A stretch of 61,539 bases of DNA, the filler included, from Stramenopiles sp. TOSAG23-3 (taxonomy: Eukaryota): the NCBI GenBank assembly GCA_900128585.1. It is 15 parts of 15 records of this genome, joined end to end, with 100 filler letters (N's around TTAATTAATTAA, not from the genome) between each part and the next. Parts side by side here need not be neighbours in the genome. Positions count along the whole stretch, not along the records: positions 8,240 to 12,256 come from LT643988.1; positions 12,357 to 16,373 come from LT643989.1; positions 16,474 to 20,490 come from LT643990.1; 12 more parts are not named here. One strand, given 5' to 3'. The notes under the pieces were generated by a model. That model ran no database searches, was not told where the DNA came from, and saw nothing but the letters and a program-made list of their open reading frames with translations. Each line of letters opens with the position of its first letter. The first letter of the stretch is position 1. Below, piece after piece: positions 10,874 to 20,590 of the stretch. A program made the translations under genes and the position numbers.

Positions 10874-11587
10874 TTAGGATGATTTGGCTTTCTTCTTGGG
10901 CGGTTCGCCCACCTCGCTGCTGTTCGCGCCGGCCGGTGGCGAGCCGGCAGCGGCGGGACCGTCGGCCTTGGGGACACCGTTTGGACAGTACTCCCAGTGA
11001 ACTAGTTTGCCTTTGCCGCCTGGCTTTGGCTGCTCATGCTTCTTGAACGTAAGCAGCCCCTTTTTGGAACAGACTGCCGACCGGGCAGTCCGTTCAAACG
11101 AAGATTTCTGGTCCTTGCCTCTGTAGAACTCGTACTCCTTGGCCACCTTCTCCGTAAACTCACGCACGGTAAACTGCGGAGAGTGGCCTTCCTTTGTCAT
11201 GAGCTTTGCAGCCTCGATGACGAGTTCCAGCACGGTCTGCTTAGGTTTTTCTTTCGGCAGAAGGATGTAGAATCTAGAGTCGCCAATTTTAACGGCGCTG
11301 TGCTGCGTCAATTTAGCTGGGACGTTATCCGGTTTGTAAAGCATTTGGTTGACGGTGATGCCGTTCTTTCCCAAACATTTAATTTCGAAATGGCCAGTGT
11401 CAGGGTTCCAGTCGATTTCGGCGTGTTCCCTTGAAATCGACTTGCTCGTGCCGATCTGTATCCTATTCTGCTCTGCACCCTCTTCTTTCGTCCGCCCCAG
11501 CTTAACGGGGTAACTAGTGATAAACTTTGTGATCATATCATCATCGCCAGTCTGCCCGAGAAGCTTAGCATATGCTGTTCCTTCCAT
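10874..11587 (-). CDS. FHA-domain protein with C-terminal divergent forkhead/winged-helix-like domain
   Basis: FHA motifs LGR, ISREHAEI, GKNG (FOXK/Fhl1-type FHA); aa ~114-200 align by eye to the forkhead consensus. Confidence 0.8.
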   Translation of the reverse strand: MEGTAYAKLLGQTGDDDMITKFITSYPVKLGRTKEEGAEQNRIQIGTSKSISREHAEIDWNPDTGHFEIKCLGKNGITVNQMLYKPDNVPAKLTQHSAVKIGDSRFYILLPKEKPKQTVLELVIEAAKLMTKEGHSPQFTVREFTEKVAKEYEFYRGKDQKSSFERTARSAVCSKKGLLTFKKHEQPKPGGKGKLVHWEYCPNGVPKADGPAAAGSPPAGANSSEVGEPPKKKAKSS

Positions 11588-12647
11588 TTTGCTGGCTGAT
11601 TCGCTGTGACCGAAAGGCGTCGTTGCGGTGGCACTCGGTAGAAAACAAATAAAAACACTCCCGAATCGTGATCAATGGAAAACAAACCCAAACTATTGTT
11701 ACTTACTTTCAATTTACCTTACTTCCTCTTCTTCACCGGTAATATACATACATTCGTTATAAAATTCAATTCTTAATGGACTTTATTCATTTGTTATTTT
11801 TTGATTCAATTTTTTTTACAACAACAATTTTATTAATTATTAATAAAAAAAAAATTATTATTTTTTATTATTTATTATTACGTAGAACTACGATGATCGA
11901 CGCCTCGTACCACCAAGTAGTACGAGGAGTAGATCGTAAAATACTACTTCTTTTTTTTTTTATAAAAAAAAATAATAATAATAATAATAACACCACAGTA
12001 ATAATAATCGATCCCATCTCCCATCTCCCATCCCCTTCAAGAATCAATCAATCGAAGGTCCACTACGGTAATATTAATACAGGTACGGTACCTGGTATGA
12101 ATACCTAATATTAATAGACTAAGTACCGGGTACAATAAAATTCCAACAAATAATATTTAAAATTTTTAATAATATTATAATAGCAACAACAACAACAACA
12201 AAGAAAAAAAAATCCATCATCATCGATGAATGATCCTAGTCGTATAATAATTCCAANNNNNNNNNNNNNNNNNNNNNNNNNNNNNNNNNNNNNNNNNNNN
12301 TTAATTAATTAANNNNNNNNNNNNNNNNNNNNNNNNNNNNNNNNNNNNNNNNNNNNATATAATATCAAAACTTAGGATTCTTCTTCGTATACCGCAAAAG
12401 TGAATCTGCTCCTTTTGTCCCATCAAAAGGTTAACGTTCCTTTTCATCTACTGCGAACTTATTTCTGCTCCTGAGATTTTACTTAAAATCAATATACCCG
12501 TGTCCCTTAGTCGTAACTATCATTCTCATGTGTACTCTATATTTAACTTTATGAATAAGATAAATTGAATTAGGTTTTCTTCCGGGGCAGTTAAACGCTA
12601 TTTTACTCCAGGGTATTTCCCTCGTTTCATTTTAAAGGTATGAGGAC

Positions 12648-12692
12648 GCTAAATTTAATTACTTAAATAACAGCCAATTTTCTTGTTTTTAA
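12648..12692 (-). repeat. Full copy of conserved downstream element, overlapping the stop codon of the GAF gene
   Basis: gctaaatttaattacttaaataacagccaattttcttgtttttaa; the gene's TAA is 12689-12691. Confidence 0.85.
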
Positions 12693-15074
12693 TTTAACTT
12701 CAACACATCCAGCAGGATTTTCTGAAAATTCCCTGTACCATGCAACACTCGCTTCCTTAGGCGATGGACCAGGTGCCGCAACTTATTCGCGAGCAGATCC
12801 GAGTCTCTCCCAAATACCCTGTCAGCAATCTCACACATAATCATCAAAAATTGTCCAAAATCTACGTTTGAATCGGCGAGAAGCTTTTCGTCACTGTTCG
12901 TGTCTTGGAGATCCTCCTCTTGGTACATGAAAAACATAGCCCGGACGGTCTCTCGAGTAAAATCGTTGTTGTAAATCTTCAACGGTTTGATAATTTTCAT
13001 CAAATTCTTGATCTTTACTCCTTGCTTCCCCTTGACAGTAACGGCGTTTAAGCGAAAAAGTTTCTTGAAAATTTCAATGTTCTTGAGCAGGTATGTAGAG
13101 TTTGCTTCCAGCAACATTTGCTCTCGAACGTCCCGGCCCATGGACGATTTCACAAGCGGCAACAGTTTTACCTTCACAAATTGCTGAATTTGCACCGAAG
13201 AGTCCCCAGGGAAGTCCTCTTCGTACAATTTCCCGCTCAGCCACACTAGTATCTTAATAAAATGGTGCCTCAAAATTTCGTGCTGCTCCACGTACGTCCC
13301 ACTCTTTGCCGTATGGCTCAGGTCATCTTCATGCTGGGCAACAATCGCAAAAAAATAATCCTTTACTGTGTCTACATGCACAATGTCCAAAATGTTAATT
13401 TCCGCAGTGAACTGGGTAAACTCGACGTAGCTCATTTCGGACATTGTGTCTTCGCTGTTCGACGACTGCAACTCCTCTATCTCTAGCCCAACTCGGATCC
13501 CCATGTCGTATAGCGTGCACTGGTCATGGATCGTAAACGGGCAGTACTTTGACAATGGATCATTCTTTTTTTTTGCCTTCACTTTTCCCGATGCCACGTC
13601 AGCGGCGTGGGCTTTGTTGATCTTGTTCACCACTTGCAGGGCCCCATTAGGCTTCAAATTAGAATCAAGGGTCGGGCACGTCAGCATGGAAACCGTTCTG
13701 TAGTTGGTTGCAAAGTCTACTTCTCGGTTAAATCTTGGGTCGTCGTATGCATTTTTAATGTTTATGGTCTCCCCCGAGGCCACGACAGCGCCGACAATAC
13801 CAGCGTTCAGTGGCACCTGGAGCATACCCGTCTTTTCGGCAACTTTGGACGTCAAAAGGTTTTTTTCAAAATCCGCCACCCACAGCGTTCCCCGATCTGC
13901 CTCCAGCAAGTGCCTGATCGATTTTGTTGCCTTTCGAAAGACTGCGTCCGCACCCATACACGCAAACTTCTTAAACACTGCATGTATGACTTCAAAGTTG
14001 GTTTCCAGCACTGTCCTTACGGGTTCAATTTGGCTGCGCCGAATCTGCCCGTGAAAGCTGAGTTTTTCCCAATCCTTTTGGAACATTTTTTCTAACATGC
14101 TGATCCTTTTAAACTGAGAGTTTTTGTTTTTGCTTTCGCAGTTCCAACCCTTACCAAAAAACTCCTCCGCGGCGCGGGCCATGATGGTCGCCCGGCGTTG
14201 CCTGTCCCGCGCTTTCAACAACGCCTTTCTTTCCTCATGTTTTGAGCGCGCCTTTTCGCTGATAATGAACGCGTCCCCGTGAAACATATTGTACGAGTCT
14301 TCTAATGTAACCTGTCTCATGGACCGCCCATCTCGCCAGCAGTTTGGGTGCCCCTGCGCATTGAGCGTTATTGTACAGTGGTCGCCATCGTCGAGCACAT
14401 CAACAATGCGCATTTTAGGAGAAATGTATTTAGACGGGGGCCAGCTGACCGTCTGTCCTTGTACTTTGAGCGGGTTGAACGAGCCTTTATGGACATGGCA
14501 GTGCTCTATGGAGCGAAGTCGACCATGGGATTTTGCAGTGTCGTAGTAACGGTTCATGGCAACGGTAGAGAGCCACTTGAACGTATTCGCCCCGTTTCCA
14601 CAAGGAACTCTCATAGGCTTCATCGTACCATCCAAGGATCCATCATCAACCGTTACGTAGATTGCCAGCTCGTACGATCCCTTTTTCTTTTTCCCTTCGG
14701 CATCTTCGTCGTCGTCCCAGGTCTGTACCGTACGGGTTAAAGACGTAGTCCAAATCGTCGCTCATGTCGCTGTCAGAAACATCCGAGTCAATGTTCTCAA
14801 AGTATACCGCTGCTTGTTCTCCCTCATAGTCTTCCTTTCGTTTATCCCTCTGGGAGCGCTCGTAACTGTTTGCTTTCTTTTTTTCGTACCTGATTGATCC
14901 CCCAAACTGACTCGTTCGCTTCATGGCAGACAGGCCCGGGGGCGGCTTCACCGCTTTTGTTTTCCGTTGTCTCCTTCCATTGGACACCAAAGAGCCGGCT
15001 GCAGGTTCATTGGAGGTTTTTCTTTGGTAAAGGCTCAGCCGTCGTCGGGGTTTTGAAAACGTTTTCGATGCCAT
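12689..15074 (-). CDS. Par3/HAL-N-like + GAF + EF-hand-like protein; two ORFs joined by a frameshift or 22-nt intron near 14723-14744
   Basis: GAF motifs ADRGTLW, GIVGAV..GETINIKNAYDDPRFN..VD..TNYRT.SML..P, GALQVVNK. The long frame stays open upstream of 14635 (TWDDDEDAEGKKKKGSYELAIYVTV) and overlaps ORF 14646-15074. Confidence 0.75.
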
Positions 15075-15477
15075 TATGCTGCAGTGTTTACAAACGGCAT
15101 GGATTTTTTAAATTCCCTAGGTTTCATTGGAAACTTCAGCGGTTTGTTCGTTCATGAAATTGTGAAACCAGGTTTGTTGCACCACTCTTCTTAGAATATA
15201 TGAACATAAAAAATTACTCTCTTCTTTGCTCCTATTATATTCATGTTGTAAAATTAATATAAATTAATCTTAATTATAATACAACAGCACAACAACAACA
15301 AAAATGATTGATTTACTGTTGTTGTGTACTGTTGTGTCCTTTGTTGTATTAATTATTATTTATAACGTAACTTTTCATTTTTACTCTTGTTATCATGTTC
15401 TTCCAGGTTCTTGTTTTTTGATAGACAAGTATAATACAATATTAATACGTACTAGTAAGTCAGTCAATAAACAGAGT

Positions 15478-16373
15478 TTAGAAAACAAAATCTTTCTGGG
15501 GTGGAAGATCATTTTTTTTACGACGTTTTCTCCCCATCTTTTTCAGTTTTCTTTTTCTCGTGCTTTTCCGGAGTTGATCTTCGGTTGTAAAGTACTGTTC
15601 GCTGATGTCATGCCTTACCTTATACGGGCTTAAATCGGCCGGTTTTAATGCAAGTGCAGCCCGGGGACTAAGTGCGAGCCTATCGATGGGGTTCAGGCAA
15701 TTGCAGTTCTTAGCCCTTGGCGACACAGCGGAACGTTTGACCAACGGGGACTCAAGGCCAAGCTTTGATTGAACGCGGTTCGATGACGGTCGGGTCGGTT
15801 TTCTCGGGGTTTGGCCCCCCGTAGCAGCAACAGCCAAATTATGGCCCTTGTTGGAGATTTTCAAAAGCCGAAAGGTATTCTTCATCTTGTCGTACTCTCT
15901 CCACGCTTCGACCCTTTGCTTCTTTCGATGCTTCAATAGCTCTTCTTTGTGCACCCTTGTCCGTTCGAACTGTTCCTCTTGACGGTAGATATGATCGTGC
16001 AGGAGTTCTTGCTGGTATTTTTTCAACCGTTTGTCCCTCTCTATATTTTCTCTTTTCTCCTTAATTCGCAATTGCTTCTTTACTTGTCTCTCTAAATTTT
16101 GCGCTTTTGCCCGCTCCTTTCGTTTCAGCACTTGATTTTCTTTCTTTAATATTTGTTGTTTAATTTTGTCCCCTTCCACGAGGCGCTGGGAGTGCATCAC
16201 TGTTAAGGATTCTCTCCGCGCTTGCTGCTTTCGCTCTTTGAACCGAGCCGATTTTTGAGACTGCTCCTTCCTCCTTACCGCATGCGACTGGAGCCTTGAG
16301 AGGATCATTTTGTCTTTCTTTCCGATCTCGGAATAGTGCATTTCTTTTTTTGCCTGCTCACGCTCGTGCACTC
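15478..16373 (-). CDS. Hypothetical charged coiled-coil protein, 5'-truncated
   Basis: ~297-aa K/E/R/Q-rich ORF running into the linker. Confidence 0.7.
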
Positions 16374-16485
16374 NNNNNNNNNNNNNNNNNNNNNNNNNNN
16401 NNNNNNNNNNNNNNNNNTTAATTAATTAANNNNNNNNNNNNNNNNNNNNNNNNNNNNNNNNNNNNNNNNNNNNTGTTAGTGTTGA

Positions 16486-17222
16486 TTGCCTATCAGATTG
16501 GAAGACATGATTTCATTCAAATGGAATTGTTTGTACTTAAAATGATCTTAGATTACTACTATTGCCTATCAAATGAATTCTGTTCAAGGAAGAAAAGAAA
16601 AAGAATCCTTTCATTTTTATATACTTATAAGAAGTATTAGGATACGAAACTATTTCCTATCGAATGAATTGTATGAAAAAATCGATTCCTTTTTATACAT
16701 TGTACTTATAAGGAATTATGGTAGTCTTTATTAATATTATCTCCTATCAAATGTATTTCAGATTCTAAATTTCATTTCTTTCCAAAGAAAAAAAAGAAAA
16801 AGAGAAGATTCATTGTTAGACTTATAATATGTATTAGATTACTACTCAATTGCCTATCAAATGAATTGTATGAAAATCGATTCCTTCCAAGGGGAATCTT
16901 TTTTCTATATTGTACTTATAAGGAACGATTGTAGTCTCGATTAATCCGATCTCCTATCAAATATATCTTCGATTCTAAAGTTGATTTCTTTCCTTGGAGA
17001 AAAAAGGAAAGAAAAAAATAGAAGATGTACTTGTAATGATTAAATAGTATTCTAATAAGTATATTATCCTATCAATAATAATTAAAAGAATAGAAATTAT
17101 ACTTGTAAGGATAAAAAGGTATTCTAATCGACTATATTATCCTATCAATAATAATTAAAAGAATAGAAGTTGTACTTGTAATGAATATAGTCGTAGTCTA
17201 ATCGATTACACCATCCTATCAT
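16486..17222. repeat. Degenerate array of ~9 bipartite units TACTT(A/G)TAA...CCTATCA
   Basis: CCTATC at 16489, 16565, 16656, 16743, 16853, 16953, 17068, 17141 and 17215; all but the first are preceded by (T/G)ACTT 31-41 nt earlier. Confidence 0.8.
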
Positions 17223-18080
17223 TAAAATAAAAAGAATGAAAAAGTACGTTAACATTATAATTAATAAAACATGAAATTACAATAAATTAAGATGGCTATT
17301 CTTCCCAAACGTAGTCAATGCTATGTTACTGTTATTCAGGTACTGTACTATAAAATAGCATCGTCAGTAGTATTCTTATTGAAACAATGAACTATTAATG
17401 TAAAAACCGTAATAAATCAAGTATCTCCCAGAACCATTGAAATGGGAAAACAAAGTGTTACTTGTATTATATATTAGATAGGTAGTTTGCCAATGGAAGT
17501 ATCTAATCAATAGGATAAACATTAATAATTGTACTTATTTTCAGTAATAAAAGTATGAATGATCATTCTATGCTCGTAGTCAGTAAAATGAAACAAAATA
17601 TCCTTTCACAATGCTATTACCTGTTAGTTCATAAAATGGTGTAGTTCAATCAGAATACCCTATATAATATGTGGTAAAATGTGTACTTTTAAATGACATA
17701 GACTATGAAAATATAAAAGTGTTTCTCCTAAAATCGATCATTTCTATGTTCTCTAAGAGACAAAACAACTACATTTTACCTATATAAAGATATTTTTGTT
17801 TTTCAACATTTTTCGCCAAATAATTGTTTTTTTTGTTTTCTCGTTGTTTTTTGCTTCTTCCAATTCTCTTCTTCCTTCCTTCCTTCCTTCCTTCGCCTTT
17901 CTTCTTCTTTTCGTATCATCTGTATTGAACGAAAGGAAGACGGCGAGTGTTCTGCTGTTGCTGCACATCGAGCGCAAGTGTTGGTTAAAACCTCTCCCTG
18001 CCCACCCACCCACCGACCAAGCAGAAAAGCAACCGATACACACACGTTTATATATATATTTACATTCCTACTGTTCTACG

Positions 18081-19727
18081 ATGCCGATCGATATTGACGA
18101 TTTAAGACAGTACAAGGGTGGAAACCCAGAGGCCGTGCGGGAGTCGGAACGGCGCCGTTTTGCGGACCCTGCCAAGGTGGACGAGATCATAGCCCTGGAC
18201 GAAAAGTGGCGCTTGATGCGTGGCTCCGTTGATGACATGCGACGCGACAAGGGAAAGATTAGTAAACAGATCCCTGCGCGCAAAAAGGCGAAGGAGCCCA
18301 TCGACGACCTGCTCGCGGCGAGCAAGGAGATGACGAAGAAGATTGCGGAAACGGAGCAGGAGATGAAGGGGGTGGAGGCGACGGTCAAGAAGATGCTCGG
18401 CCACCTTGGGAACTACGTCCACGACAGCGTGCCCGTGTTCAAGGACGAGGAGGACGAGAACGGGAACGACCAGAACGTCACCGTGTCGGTCAACAAGCTG
18501 GCGGAGCGAAGGGTGTCCCCCGTCCTGTACGACGGCGTCACCGCCAACCCGCTGGCGGCCGAGCTCCCCGGGGGGCTGCCCACCGCGCAGCCGGGCGCGG
18601 GCCCGGGCGGGGCCCTGCTCCAGCACTGCGACGTCCTCCGGCGGCTCGAAGGGTTCAGCCCGGAGCGTGGGTCCCGCATCGCGGGCGCGCGGACGTACTT
18701 TTTGCGGGGCGTCGGGGTCGCCCTGAACTACGCCCTGCAGCAGTACGCCATGAACTACCTCGTCGAGAAGGACTACACGCTCCTTCAGCCGCCGTACTTT
18801 ATGAACCAGTCCGTGATGGGCGGCGTCGCGCAGCTGGAGGACTACAACGAGACTTTGTACCACGTGACCGGGGCGACGGGGGAAGAGGGGGAGGAGAACA
18901 GCAAGTACCTCATCGCCACCTCGGAGCAGCCGATCTGCGCCTACCACAAGGACGATTGGTTCCACGAGAAGAACCTGAAGGAGACCCCGGTCAAGTACGG
19001 CGGGATCTCCACCTGCTTCCGGAAGGAGGCCGGGAAGGGGGGGAAGGACATGCGGGGGATCTTTCGCGTCCACCAGTTCGAGAAGATCGAGCAGTTCATC
19101 ATCTGCCACCCGGAAGACTCGTGGGAGATGCACGAGGTCATGAGCAAGCAGGCGGAGGGGTTTACGAACTCGCTGGGCCTGCCGTACCGCGTGGTGAACA
19201 TCGTTAGCGGGGAGCTGAACAACGCCGCCGCGAAGAAGTACGACCTCGAGGCATGGTTCCCGTTCGAGAGCGCGTTCCGCGAGCTCGTGTCCTGCAGCAA
19301 CTGCCTCGACTACCAGTCGCGCTCGATGAACATTCGGGTCGGGGAGAAAAACGCCGACGCGAGGAAGAAAGGGGCCAAAGACGGGAAAGTCAAGTTCGAG
19401 AAGAAGCGGTACGTCCACATGCTCAACGCCACCTTGTGCGCGTGCACCCGTGTCATCTGTTGCATTTTGGAGAATTTTCAAACCCCGTACGGCGTCATTC
19501 TTCCAGAAAAGTTGGTCCCGTACATGCCCCCGAGCTTTTTGAAGGCCAACGAGGCCGGGCAGAAGTATTTGCCCTACACCGCAGCGTACGCCCCTCCCGC
19601 GCCAGAGAAGAAGAAAGGAAAGAGCAAGAAGAACAAGAAAAGCGGAAAGAAAAAAGGAGGAGCCGCGAAGGACCAACAAGTCAAGGACGTCACCGCCAAA
19701 CTCAACGATGTCCAAGTGAACGTTTGA
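18081..19727 (+). CDS. SARS1: Cytosolic seryl-tRNA synthetase
   Basis: MPIDIDDLR..GGNPE..RESERRRF N-terminus, YLIATSEQP, STCFRKEAG, GIFRVHQFEKIEQF, YDLEAWFP, ELVSCSNCLDYQSR, HMLNATLCA. The upstream ORF extension is low-complexity non-coding sequence. Confidence 0.97.
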   Translation: MPIDIDDLRQYKGGNPEAVRESERRRFADPAKVDEIIALDEKWRLMRGSVDDMRRDKGKISKQIPARKKAKEPIDDLLAASKEMTKKIAETEQEMKGVEATVKKMLGHLGNYVHDSVPVFKDEEDENGNDQNVTVSVNKLAERRVSPVLYDGVTANPLAAELPGGLPTAQPGAGPGGALLQHCDVLRRLEGFSPERGSRIAGARTYFLRGVGVALNYALQQYAMNYLVEKDYTLLQPPYFMNQSVMGGVAQLEDYNETLYHVTGATGEEGEENSKYLIATSEQPICAYHKDDWFHEKNLKETPVKYGGISTCFRKEAGKGGKDMRGIFRVHQFEKIEQFIICHPEDSWEMHEVMSKQAEGFTNSLGLPYRVVNIVSGELNNAAAKKYDLEAWFPFESAFRELVSCSNCLDYQSRSMNIRVGEKNADARKKGAKDGKVKFEKKRYVHMLNATLCACTRVICCILENFQTPYGVILPEKLVPYMPPSFLKANEAGQKYLPYTAAYAPPAPEKKKGKSKKNKKSGKKKGGAAKDQQVKDVTAKLNDVQVNV

Positions 19728-20049
19728 GGATGGTGCGAGCGAGGAGACCATGCGTGAGTGCGAGGAGAAGGAAGGAAGGAATGAAAGAAAAAGAAGAATC
19801 GCAGACAATGCAAGGCGTACATGATATGAAATTTAAAGACGAGGAGACGTGGTTTCATTCATTCATTTTGTTTCATCTTCTTTGGTTCGTTTCTTTTCTT
19901 TTGTTTTTTGTTTATGGTTTAGAAGAAGAAGAAGTGGTGGTTCGTTCGTTTTGCGTTTTGTTGTTGTTTAATTTTGTTTTTACATTTTTTATATTTTTTA
20001 TTAGAATACACTAGACAGTATAGGATACTGTATTTTATGGCTGCGCGAG

Positions 20050-20228
20050 GAGAAGGAAGAAGAAGAAGAAAGAAGAAGATGAAGAAGAAGAAAGAAGAAA
20101 GAAGAAAGAAAGAAGAAAGAAGAAAGAAGAAGAAAGAAGAAAGAAAGAAGAAGAAAGAAGAAGAAAGAAGAAAGAAAGAAGAAGAAGAAGAAGAAGAAGA
20201 AGAAGGAAGAAGAAAGAAGAAAGAAGAA

Positions 20229-20270
<42 letters not shown>

Positions 20271-20350
20271 GAAGCAAGAATCCTTTCTTTCTTTCTTTCT
20301 TCTTCTTCTTTTTTCTTTCTTTCTTTCTTTTTTTATTCCTTTCTTTCTTT
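20050..20350. repeat. (GAA)n/(GAAA)n purine tract followed by a TTC/TTTC tract
   Basis: Directly visible. Confidence 0.9.
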
Positions 20351-20590
20351 TTCGTTCAACAAGATTGTTGAGATTAGAAGAATCCATCACATCACATCAA
20401 ATCTCAAATTAAATTGATAAGAAATTTGATCTTTTCATTTCATTGCGAACGATCGTACATTGCATAGTTAGGTTTCAATTTTGGTTGGGTNNNNNNNNNN
20501 NNNNNNNNNNNNNNNNNNNNNNNNNNNNNNNNNNTTAATTAATTAANNNNNNNNNNNNNNNNNNNNNNNNNNNNNNNNNNNNNNNNNNNN

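Noticed and set aside
16486-17222. CRISPR-like repeat/spacer interpretation of this array and of the 4858-5193 array
   Set aside because: Repeats are degenerate, spacers are neither unique nor uniform, there are no cas genes, and the context is eukaryotic.
17796-18080. N-terminal ORF extensions of SerRS, Tim50, the CAP-Gly protein and the 2OG oxygenase
   Set aside because: Low-complexity AT-rich sequence, mostly with non-ATG starts; downstream ATGs fit family N-termini better.
18102-19808. 568-aa antisense ORF over SerRS (similar long antisense ORFs over Leo1, the helicase and the ABC1 kinase)
   Set aside because: Expected shadow of high-GC3 coding sequence; no protein-like motifs.
19974-20417. 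Poly-K/E and poly-F/S ORFs (also 633-863, 28297-28645, 38500-38691, 52059-52417)
   Set aside because: Translations of GAA/TTC microsatellites.
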